Assembly (NCBI GenBank): GCA_029865345.1
Contig: JAOUHD010000001.1
Location: 10,488 to 74,487 of the forward strand
DNA from: Nitrospira sp.
GTDB lineage: Bacteria > Nitrospirota > Nitrospiria > Nitrospirales > Nitrospiraceae
DNA: 64,000 bases
Direction of reading: 5' to 3'
The translations under genes were made by a program, and so were the position numbers. Positions 53,406-63,185 of this stretch are shown one piece after another (within the stretch, counting starts at the first letter, position 1; the number at the start of each line of letters is the position of its first letter). The notes below the pieces were generated by a model. It saw nothing but the letters and a program-made list of their open reading frames with translations, was not told the origin of the DNA and ran no database searches.

Positions 53406-53985
53406 TGCCTTCTGTGTCGGATCCACCTTGGCAGCTCCTTCAGCGGAATCTGTGAGTCTGAAGAGGAGCGTGGAGGCGCCCGGTGTCCCAACCACAATTA
53501 CCTCAAAGAAAATGACAGTCCGAAATCAAGACAGCCAGGCTATTTTTGAAGAGACGGTTGTGCTGACCCGCGGATCACTTATCGTTCACTCTGACAAAAT
53601 GGTTGTGTTGTTTGCTTCACGCAATCACGATTCCTCGCTGCCATTGGGGAGCGGCACGGACCGCCATGAATCCGGTCAGAATTCCTTGGCCCGAAAGGAG
53701 CACAGCGCCTTGTCGCCGATGTCGAATCGTTCCGTCCAACGTATCGAAGCAACCGGCGATGCCCATCGTGTCAAGATTAAGTACGAGAATGGCAACGCAA
53801 CGTGTCAAAAAGCCGTGTATTTCGTTGACAGGGAGAAGATCGTGTTGACAGGCGATCCCATAGCTTGGGAACGGGGCACCCGTGTCAGCGGCAAGCAAAT
53901 TACGATTTTCATGGCGGAAGAGCGGAGCGTGGTGGAAGGCGGTTCACATGTTCGCATCGAAGATGAGGGGCCGAGTCAACCATGA
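53383..53985 (+). CDS. lptA: LptA/OstA-family LPS transport periplasmic protein
   Basis: Signal peptide; 'TITSKKM...AIF...V.LTRG.L...SDKM', 'IEATG', 'A.C.KA.Y....EKIVLTG.P...G..VSG..I'. Confidence 0.85.
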   Translation: MWIWLLLSAFCVGSTLAAPSAESVSLKRSVEAPGVPTTITSKKMTVRNQDSQAIFEETVVLTRGSLIVHSDKMVVLFASRNHDSSLPLGSGTDRHESGQNSLARKEHSALSPMSNRSVQRIEATGDAHRVKIKYENGNATCQKAVYFVDREKIVLTGDPIAWERGTRVSGKQITIFMAEERSVVEGGSHVRIEDEGPSQP

Positions 53986-54764
53986 CCCAGAGTGTTCATG
54001 CAGCGTCTGAGGCTCTCGTCGACTCGATTGCGGTACAGGGGGGGCATTGTCTACGCGCCACTGGATTGGTGAAAAGTTTCCGTGGACGCAAAGTCGTCAA
54101 GGGCGTCGCGGTCGAAGTATATGCCGGTGAGGTGGTCGGGCTTCTCGGTCCGAATGGAGCAGGCAAGACCACAATCTTTGACATGATGGTTGGGTTGTGT
54201 CAGCCCGATGAAGGGGAGATCACCTTCATCGGAGAATCCGTGACTAACTTGCCCATGTATAAACGCGCACGGCGGGGAATCGGTTACCTCCCTCAGGAAT
54301 CGTCTGTGTTTCGACGACTCTCGGTTGAACATAATGTCTTGGCGATTCTTGAAATGCTAGGGTATGCTCGTAAAGAGCGAAGTCAGCGGGTGGACGCCTT
54401 GCTCAAGGAGCTAGATCTTATCCATATACGAAAGAGTATGGCCTATGCCCTCTCAGGGGGAGAGCGTCGCCGCTTGGAAATCACACGTGCGCTGGCGGCT
54501 ACACCGTCCTTCATGCTGTTAGATGAACCGTTTGCTGGGATCGATCCGATCGCAGTTGCGGATATTCAGCAGATCATTACGCGCTTGAAAGAGAAAGGGA
54601 TCGGTATATTGATTACCGATCACAATGTACAGGAAACGCTTTCAATCGTCGATCGTGCCTACATCATCAATGAAGGATTGATCTTAGAGGCGGGGTCTCC
54701 TGAAGCTATTGTGCAGAGTCCAACGGCTCGGGCCGTTTATCTTGGGGAACAGTTCAAGTTGTAG
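53982..54764 (+). CDS. lptB: LPS export ABC transporter ATP-binding protein LptB
   Basis: GPNGAGKTT, '[22 protein letters not shown]', [34 protein letters not shown]. Confidence 0.97.
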   Translation: MTQSVHAASEALVDSIAVQGGHCLRATGLVKSFRGRKVVKGVAVEVYAGEVVGLLGPNGAGKTTIFDMMVGLCQPDEGEITFIGESVTNLPMYKRARRGIGYLPQESSVFRRLSVEHNVLAILEMLGYARKERSQRVDALLKELDLIHIRKSMAYALSGGERRRLEITRALAATPSFMLLDEPFAGIDPIAVADIQQIITRLKEKGIGILITDHNVQETLSIVDRAYIINEGLILEAGSPEAIVQSPTARAVYLGEQFKL

Positions 54765-54783
54765 AAGAGTAGTAGGGGCATTG

Positions 54784-56292
54784 ATGAAACTCCGTCTGGT
54801 TCCACAACTCTCGCAAAAGCTCATCATGACGCCGCAACTGCAGCAAGCGATTAAGCTACTGCAGCTGTCTCGACTAGAACTGCAGCAGAGCCTCACACAG
54901 CATCTCCTGGAAAACCCTTTACTCGATGAGATACAGTCCGATGCCGAGGAAGGCGAGTCCTTGGTCAATGAGGAAAAGGTCGAAAATCCCACTGCATTGG
55001 AAGGGCAGGATCGGTCTGACCCAGCAGTTGAGACACGTGAAGAACAAGGGTCACCGGAGGAGTTTTCCGCTTCCGGGTGGGAAGAGTATTTCGGCAGAGA
55101 TCAGCGGAGCGGCGCATCCGAATATTCCTCGGCACAAGATGAGTTTCCTTCGTACGAGCAAACGGTGGCAAAAGCGACGTCTCTCGAGGAGCATCTCCTC
55201 TGGCAATTGTCCTTGTCCGGGCTCAGTGATCGAGAAAAAGAACTTGGTCGGTTGATCATCGGCAATTTGGATGACGATGGCTATCTTCGCATTCCTTTGG
55301 CTGAGGTTGTGGTCGGGACTGATTTAGCCGAGTCCGAAGTCGAGTCTGTGCTCAAAGACATTCAAACGTTCGATCCGACCGGGGTTGGTGCAAGGGATCT
55401 TCCCGAATGCCTGCTGCTACAACTCGGGCATCTAGGTCGGAATCTGTTTGGATCACTTGGGTCGCCACCTGGTGCATTGAAAGGGTCCGTTATCGAGAAT
55501 GTCGTGTTGCACCATTTAAAAGACTTAGAAAAAAAACAGTATGGCAAGGTCGCGAAGGCTTTGAGCATTACAGTCGAAGAAGTCTTTCAAGCGACGAAAG
55601 TCATTGGAGAACTTGAGCCAAAGCCAGGGAGGCCGTTTTCCAATACCCAGAACTACGTTATCGTGCCTGATGTGTTTGTGGTTAAGAATGAGGGGGAGTG
55701 GGTTGTTCTGTTGAACGACGATGGGCTTCCACGCATGAGAATCAGTCCGTATTACAAACAGCTTATTTCTTCTGGGCAGAGCGGGACATCTGAAACCAAA
55801 GCATATATGGATGAAAAGTTGCGGGCCGCTCAGTGGATTATTCGAAGCATTGAGCAGCGCAATCGGACCATCGTGAAAGTGGTTTCCAGTATCGTCAAGT
55901 TCCAGGAACAATTTTTTGACCATGGCGTCCAATCTCTCAAGCCCTTGGTTCTCAAACAGGTGGCCGAGGATATTGGGATGCATGAATCTACAATTAGCCG
56001 TGTGACGGCGAATAAATATATGTATTGCCCGCAGGGCATGCTGGAACTCAAGTTTTTCTTCAACGCAGGGCTTCAACATGTTGATGAGCCATCAGGGATG
56101 CATTCCTCCGTTTCCGTCAGGGATATGATCAAGACCATGGTGGCTGAAGAGGATGCAAAGCGTCCTTTGAAAGATGAGGAAATTGCAGCCAGGCTTCGCA
56201 AACAGGGAGTGATTATTGCGCGGAGGACTGTGGCGAAATATCGGGCCGAGTTGAATATCTCGTCCGCCAGTCAACGTAAGCGCTTTTTTTGA
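54784..56292 (+). CDS. rpoN: RNA polymerase sigma-54 factor
   Basis: 'QKLIMTPQLQQAIKLLQL', 'LKPLVLKQVAEDIGMHESTISR', RpoN box ARRTVAKYR. Confidence 0.98.
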   Translation: MKLRLVPQLSQKLIMTPQLQQAIKLLQLSRLELQQSLTQHLLENPLLDEIQSDAEEGESLVNEEKVENPTALEGQDRSDPAVETREEQGSPEEFSASGWEEYFGRDQRSGASEYSSAQDEFPSYEQTVAKATSLEEHLLWQLSLSGLSDREKELGRLIIGNLDDDGYLRIPLAEVVVGTDLAESEVESVLKDIQTFDPTGVGARDLPECLLLQLGHLGRNLFGSLGSPPGALKGSVIENVVLHHLKDLEKKQYGKVAKALSITVEEVFQATKVIGELEPKPGRPFSNTQNYVIVPDVFVVKNEGEWVVLLNDDGLPRMRISPYYKQLISSGQSGTSETKAYMDEKLRAAQWIIRSIEQRNRTIVKVVSSIVKFQEQFFDHGVQSLKPLVLKQVAEDIGMHESTISRVTANKYMYCPQGMLELKFFFNAGLQHVDEPSGMHSSVSVRDMIKTMVAEEDAKRPLKDEEIAARLRKQGVIIARRTVAKYRAELNISSASQRKRFF

Positions 56293-56336
56293 TATCCGTT
56301 GCTTCGCATCCAGCTGGATCACAATTGGAGGTGGGC

Positions 56337-56648
56337 ATGAAGCTGAGAATTACAGGGCGTCACATGGACATTACGCCAGCGCTTAGAAACTACGTGGAAA
56401 CCCGATTCGGTCGCCTTGATCGATACGGGCTGAAGGTCGGATCGCTGCAAGTGGTATTGGGAGTCGAGAAGCTTCAGCATAAGGCTGAAGTGATTGGTGC
56501 GGTCAGTGGCAAACGAGTGCAAGCCAAGACGGCAACGCCTGAGATGTATGCCACCATCGATGCCCTAGTCGACCGTGTAGATGCGCAGTTTCGAAAATGG
56601 AAAGACCGCCTTGTCAATCATAAGCCGGCTCAACCGAAGAGGGCGTGA
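56337..56648 (+). CDS. hpf: Ribosome hibernation promoting factor (short HPF/RaiA)
   Basis: 'I.GRHMDITPALRNYVE.R..RL', 'MYA.ID.LVDRV..Q.RKWKDR'; GGAGG SD; follows rpoN. Confidence 0.92.
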   Translation: MKLRITGRHMDITPALRNYVETRFGRLDRYGLKVGSLQVVLGVEKLQHKAEVIGAVSGKRVQAKTATPEMYATIDALVDRVDAQFRKWKDRLVNHKPAQPKRA

Positions 56649-56818
56649 TCACATTTTCTACGCGAGTCTCTTGTAAGATTTGCGGCCTCGTTCCTTGGCG
56701 CACGACATGCATCTGAGCGGCTCAGAGCGTTCCACGTTACTGAGTCACGCGTGAGGCTGGCAGCCGAATCCCAAATGGGAATATCTCAGCTATATCAACC
56801 GAGACAATATGCGATCCC

Positions 56819-57685
56819 ATGGCCCGACTGAATCTAGTCATTATTAGTGGGTTGTCGGGCTCGGGTAAAACCTATGCCCTCAAAGCATTTGAGGATGCCG
56901 GATATTTCTGCATCGATAACCTTCCTCCGGCTTTGCTTCCGACTTTTGTCGATCTCTGCAACCAGCAGCAAAGCGAAATTGGCAACGTTGCCCTTGGGAT
57001 TGATATTCGAGAGCGTGCGTTCTTTTCGGATTTCGTTGGTATCCTGGAGAGAGTGAAAGCGCTCGGTCATGCTATTCAGGTGCTTTTTCTTGAGGCTCGT
57101 GAAGAGGTATTGACCAGGCGATTTTCAGAGTCCAGGCGCCCACACCCACTTTTGCCACATCTTCCCGTCTTGGATGGAATCCGATTCGAAAAGGAGCGTG
57201 TAGCCGAACTCCGATGCCAGGCTGATCGAATCATCGATACGTCCGATCTGACGGTCCATGAGCTCGGTGAGTTGCTTGCGAAGCAGTTTCAGCGGGAGTC
57301 ATCGGATCGACGACTGACAATCTCACTCATCACCTTTGGATATAAATTCGGGGTGCCGTACGATATCGATTTGTTGTTTGATGTGCGCTTTCTCAGGAAC
57401 CCATTTTTCGTGCCTGAGCTCAAGCCCCTTTCCGGAGACAATCCGCTGGTCCGGACCTTCGTGCTCACAGACTCTGATGCCATATCACTCTTGCAGCATC
57501 TCGAAGGTTTTCTGAAGTTTCTCTTGCCCTTATTCCAGCGAGAGCGGCGTAGTTATCTGACCATCGGTATTGGGTGTACCGGCGGGCGTCATCGCTCGGT
57601 TGCGGTTGCCGGGCGTCTTCGAGAAAGCCTTGCCGCCCTAGGGTACGAGGTTGGCCTCAAGCACCGAGATATCGATAAATCGTAG
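56819..57685 (+). CDS. rapZ: RNase adapter protein RapZ (P-loop)
   Basis: 'IISGLSGSGKT.AL..FED.GYFCIDNLPP', 'RRFSESRRPHPL', 'FGYKFG.P.D.D..FDVRFL.NP', 'IGCTGGRHRSV'. Confidence 0.96.
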   Translation: MARLNLVIISGLSGSGKTYALKAFEDAGYFCIDNLPPALLPTFVDLCNQQQSEIGNVALGIDIRERAFFSDFVGILERVKALGHAIQVLFLEAREEVLTRRFSESRRPHPLLPHLPVLDGIRFEKERVAELRCQADRIIDTSDLTVHELGELLAKQFQRESSDRRLTISLITFGYKFGVPYDIDLLFDVRFLRNPFFVPELKPLSGDNPLVRTFVLTDSDAISLLQHLEGFLKFLLPLFQRERRSYLTIGIGCTGGRHRSVAVAGRLRESLAALGYEVGLKHRDIDKS

Positions 57686-57746
57686 CCGGTTGATGGAATA
57701 ACAGCCACCGTTTTCCTGCCGTTACTCTCGCTTTCTTAACGCTTCC

Positions 57747-57774
57747 TTGACAGGTAGAGCATATTGACTATACT
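57747..57774 (+). promoter_or_regulatory. Putative sigma70 promoter TTGACA-N16-TATACT for the HTH-pilMNOPQ operon
   Basis: TTGACA 57747-57752, TATACT 57769-57774; a second TTGAC at 57764. Confidence 0.6.
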
Positions 57775-57788
57775 TAGCCTTGTGAATA

Positions 57789-58034
57789 ATGCAAGGTATC
57801 AGAACTAGCATAAATACTGACGTGAAGAAGCCTAGGTATACATCAAGTGCAGTGGGGTTTAAGGCCCATCAAGTGTGTGGCTTATTTGATATTTCCAAGG
57901 CGACCCTTTTTCGCTGGGAGCGAGAGGGTGTCATTACCGAACCCGCTCGAGATTGGAGAAACTGGCGACTGTATACGAGAAAGAATGTGGATGAAATCGA
58001 GAAAATTATTCGCGCCAGAAAGGCTGTGGTGTAA
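57789..58034 (+). CDS. Stand-alone MerR-type HTH protein (no effector domain)
   Basis: 'FKAHQVCGLFDISKATLFRWEREGVI..P.RD.RNWRLYT..NVDEI' matches the MerR wHTH pattern; true start uncertain. Confidence 0.8.
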   Translation: MQGIRTSINTDVKKPRYTSSAVGFKAHQVCGLFDISKATLFRWEREGVITEPARDWRNWRLYTRKNVDEIEKIIRARKAVV

Positions 58035-58049
58035 GGTGGCAGGTATCGC

Positions 58050-59156
58050 ATGTTGACTTCATTCAAAAAGCTCTTCGAAACCGACATTGTTGGGATGCTG
58101 ACCCCTCGCCGGCAGTTAGTGGGGCTAGATATCGGATCCAGTGTGATCAAAATTGCTCAGCTCAAGGAAAATAAGGGACGGTACATTCTCCAAAAGTTCG
58201 GAGTGAAACCCCTTGAGCCGGAAGTGATTGTCGATGGAACGGTCATGGATGAAGGACGTGTCGTCTCGGCGATTCAAGAATTGTTTGCGGAAGCTAACAT
58301 CAAGAACAAGCATGTCGCCATCTCTATTTCTGGGCACGCCGTAATTGTGAAGAAGATCAGCCTGCCTCCGATGCCGGATGATGAGTTGGAGGGGCAGGTG
58401 AAATTAGCGGCGGAGCAGTACATTCCCTTCGATATCAACGAAGTGAATATCGACTTTCATGTCTTGTCTATGGATGCGTCAGAAGATCAGCAAGGGGATA
58501 TGTCGGTGATTCTTGTTGCGGCGAAGAAAGACAAGATTAATGAGCTGACCGAGTTGGTCAAGGCTGCCGGACTTGTCCCAATGGTCATGGATGTCGATGC
58601 GTTTGCGGTTGAAAATATGCATGCGATTAATTATCCGATGGCGCAGGAAGAAACGACGGCGTTGGTGAATCTCGGTGCGAGCGTGATGAACGTGAACATC
58701 ATACGTGCCGGGTCCTCGTTATTTACGCGTGATATCCCGTTAGGGGGAAATCGGTATACGGAGGCGATTCAGCGTGAGATAGGGCTCTCATTTGAAGAGG
58801 CTGAAGAGAGTAAGAAAAATGATCATGTGGGTGACTCTAGCGGAGGGTCGTTCACCAGTGTCATGGACAGCGTGAATGCGGAAGTAGCGTCCGAGATCGC
58901 TCGGACGGTGGACTACTTCAAGACCTCGACCACTAACGCTGAGATCAGTCGTGTTCTTGTCTGTGGCGGTGTGGCTAGGGCAAAAGGGCTGATTCAGCAG
59001 CTCGGGGATAGGATGCAACTGCCTGTCGAAATGGCTGATCCATTCGCTGAAATCGATGTGACTGGCTGTGATATGGACCCTAACCTACTCGCAGATTTGG
59101 CTCCATCGGCTGCCGTCAGTGTCGGACTGGCCTTAAGAGCGGTGGGGGATAGATGA
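58050..59156 (+). CDS. pilM: Type IV pilus assembly protein PilM
   Basis: Actin-like 'VGLDIGSS.IKIAQL', 'EAEQYIPF'-like 'AAEQYIPFDI.EV.IDF', 'MDVDAFA', 'LVCGGVAR', 'SVGLALR'. Confidence 0.96.
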   Translation: MLTSFKKLFETDIVGMLTPRRQLVGLDIGSSVIKIAQLKENKGRYILQKFGVKPLEPEVIVDGTVMDEGRVVSAIQELFAEANIKNKHVAISISGHAVIVKKISLPPMPDDELEGQVKLAAEQYIPFDINEVNIDFHVLSMDASEDQQGDMSVILVAAKKDKINELTELVKAAGLVPMVMDVDAFAVENMHAINYPMAQEETTALVNLGASVMNVNIIRAGSSLFTRDIPLGGNRYTEAIQREIGLSFEEAEESKKNDHVGDSSGGSFTSVMDSVNAEVASEIARTVDYFKTSTTNAEISRVLVCGGVARAKGLIQQLGDRMQLPVEMADPFAEIDVTGCDMDPNLLADLAPSAAVSVGLALRAVGDR

Positions 59157-59710
59157 TTCGGATTAACCTCCTTCCGGGTGGGCCCAAAGGAAGGCCGGCC
59201 AAACCTCAGTATGACGTACGCGCACAGGCGCTGCTCGGGGTTGGACTGATCCTGGTCACGCTGGCTGGGTGTTGGTGGTATTCGACCTCGTTAGACAGCG
59301 AGCTTGAAGCTCGGCAGGAGGAAAAACAAGCTAAAGAGAAGCAAGTTGCTCAGCTGAAAGAACAGGTTAAGCAGGTGCAGGACTTTGAGCAACGGAAAAA
59401 GCTTCTTGAGGACAAGAACCGGATTATCGATCAGCTTGAGCAATCCAGAATGGGTCCGGTCAAGGTTCTCGACCACGTGAGTCAGAGTTTAGAGCCCCTC
59501 AAGGTATGGCTCACAAGGCTGGGTGTGGCATCCGATACCGTGGAGTTAGAAGGGAAGGCCTTAACAAACGACGACGTGGTGGAATTCGTGAATAACTTGC
59601 GACGGACGGATTATTTCACGGGCATCAATCTGCAGGAGAGCAAGGCTGCAGTTGAAAACAAGATTAATGTGTACCAATTTCGTTTGGCATTTCGTCTGAA
59701 GGGATCATGA
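59153..59710 (+). CDS. pilN: Type IV pilus assembly protein PilN
   Basis: MIRINLLP motif, TM, coiled coil, 'VWLT.L.....V.LEG.A'. Confidence 0.95.
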   Translation: MIRINLLPGGPKGRPAKPQYDVRAQALLGVGLILVTLAGCWWYSTSLDSELEARQEEKQAKEKQVAQLKEQVKQVQDFEQRKKLLEDKNRIIDQLEQSRMGPVKVLDHVSQSLEPLKVWLTRLGVASDTVELEGKALTNDDVVEFVNNLRRTDYFTGINLQESKAAVENKINVYQFRLAFRLKGS

Positions 59711-60354
59711 TGGCTTTGCCACAGCTCAATCTTGATGCGCTTCGCAATGTGCCAGCTTCGCAAAAAGCCGCGCTCTTATTCCTGCTCGTGGGTGGCATGA
59801 TTGCGGGTTTCTATTTCTACATTGCAGAACCGAAGTCTGCAATGATCACGGCGCTCGACGCTGAAAACGGCAAGCTGGAGAGTGAAATTCAAACACTTAC
59901 GATTAAAGTGAAACATCTCGATGAGTTAGTTGCCGCCAATAAGCAGCTCGAGATTGAATTAGCAAAGAAAAAGGAACGTCTCCCTCCGGAAGAAGAAGCG
60001 ATCATGCTGTTGAAGCAGGTGTCTGACCTCGGCGTACGATTGGGACTCGATATCAGACTATGGAAGCCAGGCGCCCAGACTGAAGATGCGTCGAAGCTTT
60101 TCATCAAGATGCCGGTCAGTGTGGAAGTAGCCGGGGCTTATCACACGGCCGCCCTGTTTTTCGATCGGATCAATCGACTCCCGCGGATTGTTACCGTATC
60201 GGGTCTTAAGATGGGATCGCCGAAGATTGAACAAGGACGAATTGTCTCGCAAACAACATTTGACCTGGTGGCATACGCTGCGCCTCAAGAAAAGCCAGTT
60301 TCTGGAGGATCTTCTTCGGTGAATGCTCCCAAAGTGGCTCAAGTTGGTAAATAG
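59707..60354 (+). CDS. pilO: Type IV pilus assembly protein PilO
   Basis: TM, coiled coil, 'LP.EEE...LL.QVS.LG...GL', 'PV.VEVAG.YH....FFDRIN.LPRIV.V'. Confidence 0.93.
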   Translation: MMALPQLNLDALRNVPASQKAALLFLLVGGMIAGFYFYIAEPKSAMITALDAENGKLESEIQTLTIKVKHLDELVAANKQLEIELAKKKERLPPEEEAIMLLKQVSDLGVRLGLDIRLWKPGAQTEDASKLFIKMPVSVEVAGAYHTAALFFDRINRLPRIVTVSGLKMGSPKIEQGRIVSQTTFDLVAYAAPQEKPVSGGSSSVNAPKVAQVGK

Positions 60355-60357
60355 GTT

Positions 60358-60966
60358 ATGAGAAAGAAGCCTAGACAATATACTCTATCCATTGGAGCCA
60401 GCGTGGTGTGCGTGTGTGTCATCATTTTAGGAAGCACTGGTGCACAGGCCGAGTCTTCCCCCGTTCCTGGGATGATCGCTCCGATGAGGCAAGATGCGCT
60501 CAGGGTGCCTGCTGTGCCAGAAATTCCAAGAACTGCCCCGCAAACTATAGAAGCGCCATCGTCTGGGGTGAACACCCCGGTGCCTTCTCAGCTGTCCGCA
60601 CCAGACGGTGTGGTTGGGAGTGGGTATGACCCTTCCGGTCGTCGAGACCCATTTGCACCGATCATCCAGGAGCTTCAGCCGGGGAAGACGGATTCAACCC
60701 TTCCACCTTTGCAACGCGTGACTCTGACGGAGCTCAATCTTATTGCCGTTGTATGGGGCGCATACGGCTATACCGCAATGGTTCAGACCCCGGAGGGATA
60801 TGGGTACACCGTTCGACGGGGAACGAGGGTCGGGCAAAACAACGGAGTGGTCAGCGCCGTGACCGAACGTGGCATCATTGTCCAGGAACGGTTCACTGAT
60901 GTGTATGGCAAGAAGCAGGAGCGAGAACATGTCAAGCTTCTACATCCCAAAGAGGGCTCAGAATGA
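60358..60966 (+). CDS. pilP: Type IV pilus assembly protein PilP
   Basis: 'YDPSGRRDPF', 'PLQR..L.EL.L.AVVW', 'AMVQTPEG.GY.VRRG.RVGQN.G.V..V'. Confidence 0.92.
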   Translation: MRKKPRQYTLSIGASVVCVCVIILGSTGAQAESSPVPGMIAPMRQDALRVPAVPEIPRTAPQTIEAPSSGVNTPVPSQLSAPDGVVGSGYDPSGRRDPFAPIIQELQPGKTDSTLPPLQRVTLTELNLIAVVWGAYGYTAMVQTPEGYGYTVRRGTRVGQNNGVVSAVTERGIIVQERFTDVYGKKQEREHVKLLHPKEGSE

Positions 60967-62939
60967 AACCACTATTTCGCGCAGATAATGTCCTGACTGC
61001 TGGATGTTTCATCGGAGCCTTGGGGGTGTCGCTCACTGCTCTGACCATATGTGCCCAGAGGTCCGCAGTTGCCGAAGAGATCGGCCGGATACAACAGAGT
61101 GATGTCACGCGGGCCAAAATGGCCACGACGCGATTGCTGGCACAGGCCGTGACCGCCATCGAGGTGCGTCCCGAAATGGATGTGGTGACCGTCGTGGTTG
61201 CCGGAGATGGCCAACTATTTCCCGAGGCCAATTTTTTGGATGAGTCCCGGCTCATCGTCGATATTCCTGCCGTATCGTCCACCCTGAGGCGATCGGTGGT
61301 ACGGGCCGACCACTACTTGCTCAAGAAAATCAGAGTAGGTCACCATGCTGATAAGGTCAGGCTGGTGTTCGATGTGTCCGAACGCCCGGTGTTTTCTCTG
61401 ACTCGAGAGGATAATAAGATATTGATCACTCTGAAGCCGAGCGAACGGAAAACGACGGCTGTTGTCGCTGCGCACATTGATGGTGGAGAGATCAGCGCAT
61501 CTCATCCCCAGGCCCGTAGGGCGCTGTTCGAGCCAGGGAATCGTGTAGTCAAACGGGCGACGCGAATCATCGGCCCCGCGCAGGCTCAGTTCAAGGTGCA
61601 GCGCGTCCAGATGGCTGGAGAAGGTGCTCCCGCTGAAAAGGACGACCGATCCGATGATATCGTGGCAGGGCAAACGCGATTTGTCGGTCGGCGGATCTCG
61701 CTCGACTTTCAGCAGGCCGACATCACCAATATCCTTCGACTGATTGCCGAGGTCTCTGGCTTCAACATGGTCGTTGGGGAAGGGGTCAAGTCAAAAGTGA
61801 CCATGAAGCTGGTCAGTGTGCCGTGGGACCAGGCCCTGGATATGCTATTGAAGATGAATGGGCTCGGTATGATTCGTCAAGGGAGTATTGTGTGGATCGA
61901 TTCGCTGGTAAATATTTCCAAGCAGCAGGATGAAGAAGCCCGGGCCAAAGAATCGAAGACGAAGGCTGAAGAACTCGTCGACCGCGTTTTTTATATCAGG
62001 CACATCGTGGCTCAGGAGCTCATGATGACACTGCGGCCGACCTTGAGCTCACGCGGCGTCATGCAATTTAATGCGGGGAGTAATGCGTTGGTTGTGCGAG
62101 ATACAGAGTCCAAATTGGCTGTCATGAAGCAGCTGGTTGAGGGACTTGATCTAGAGGTTCCTCAGGTTCAGATTGAGGCGCGCATCGTCCAAGCCGATAC
62201 CGTGTATGCGAGAGGCTTGGGGATTCAGTGGGGCTTCCAGGCGGGCAATCGCACACCCACGGATTTCTTTGCCCTCTCGAATATTACCGGCCCATTTGGG
62301 CAGATAGCCGGGACGGGGAGCAGTGCGATCGATCGAAGCTTTCTGGTGAATTTGCCGGCTCAGGTCGGTGGCTTGCCTGCTGTCCCGTCGATCGGCTGGA
62401 CCTTTGGAAAACTCGGCGGCGACTTTGCCTTGGATATGCGGCTCTCAGCCGGAGAGTTGCTTGGGTTAAGTAAGGTGATCGCAGCGCCGAAGATCACCAC
62501 ATTGGATAAGCGCGAAGCGAAGATCTCTCAGGGCGAATCGATTCCCTTTCAGACAACATCCTTACAGGGAACGCAAACGACGTTTGTCGATGCAAACTTG
62601 GAGTTGAATGTCACACCTCAGATCACCTCTCGCGATCCAAAGGAGGATGGAAAGAGAATTATGCTTCGTGTGCGAGCAACACGAAATGCTGTCGGGGCAC
62701 GAAGCAATCCAGCCGGTCCGAGTATCGATCGACGGGAGGCAAATACCCAGGTGGTCGTTCGAGATGGCGAAACCATGGTGATCGGTGGAGTCTTTGTCGA
62801 TAGTCAGAACAACAATGTTCAAGGCGTTCCCTATCTATCCCGTATGCCGGTTCTTGGGTGGTTATTCAAGAACAAGTCCGAATCAGTCTCGAAACAAGAA
62901 TTGCTCATTTTCCTTACACCAAGCATTATCAAGACATAG
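60963..62939 (+). CDS. pilQ: Type IV pilus secretin PilQ (AMIN + secretin domains)
   Basis: AMIN 'KIRVG.H.DKVRLVFD', 'GRRISLDFQQADI..ILRLIA', 'VPWDQALD', 'QVQIEARIV', 'VPYLS..P.LG.LFK...ELLIFLTP.I'. Confidence 0.96.
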   Translation: MKPLFRADNVLTAGCFIGALGVSLTALTICAQRSAVAEEIGRIQQSDVTRAKMATTRLLAQAVTAIEVRPEMDVVTVVVAGDGQLFPEANFLDESRLIVDIPAVSSTLRRSVVRADHYLLKKIRVGHHADKVRLVFDVSERPVFSLTREDNKILITLKPSERKTTAVVAAHIDGGEISASHPQARRALFEPGNRVVKRATRIIGPAQAQFKVQRVQMAGEGAPAEKDDRSDDIVAGQTRFVGRRISLDFQQADITNILRLIAEVSGFNMVVGEGVKSKVTMKLVSVPWDQALDMLLKMNGLGMIRQGSIVWIDSLVNISKQQDEEARAKESKTKAEELVDRVFYIRHIVAQELMMTLRPTLSSRGVMQFNAGSNALVVRDTESKLAVMKQLVEGLDLEVPQVQIEARIVQADTVYARGLGIQWGFQAGNRTPTDFFALSNITGPFGQIAGTGSSAIDRSFLVNLPAQVGGLPAVPSIGWTFGKLGGDFALDMRLSAGELLGLSKVIAAPKITTLDKREAKISQGESIPFQTTSLQGTQTTFVDANLELNVTPQITSRDPKEDGKRIMLRVRATRNAVGARSNPAGPSIDRREANTQVVVRDGETMVIGGVFVDSQNNNVQGVPYLSRMPVLGWLFKNKSESVSKQELLIFLTPSIIKT

Positions 62940-62964
62940 GGACTGTTTCATCTCCGTGATCACC

Positions 62965-63010
62965 AAGAGCCTGATGATGCTGAAAGGTATCATCAGGCTC
63001 TTCTGTTTAT
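62965..63010 (+). terminator. Probable intrinsic terminator after pilQ
   Basis: 16-bp stem AAGAGCCTGATGATGC-TGAAAG-GTATCATCAGGCTCTT (one G-U), followed by CTGTTTAT. Confidence 0.7.
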
Positions 63011-63185
63011 CCCAAAGAGATTGCGGTAATCCCACCCAGAGTTTGAGCGCTCAGCGCGGAACGTAACCGTCTTTTTAGTCGTGCCGAGGCTGTGATACGA
63101 TGGCCATCCGATGGATGGTTCACGTACGATCGCGGTACAAATCTGACATGCCGTTCTACTCCGCCAGATTTCCCAGGACGACGAA

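Noticed and set aside
57789-58034. Small HTH as a prophage/ICE excisionase
   Set aside because: No integrase, att-like tRNA duplication or phage genes nearby; the gene is coupled to pilM.
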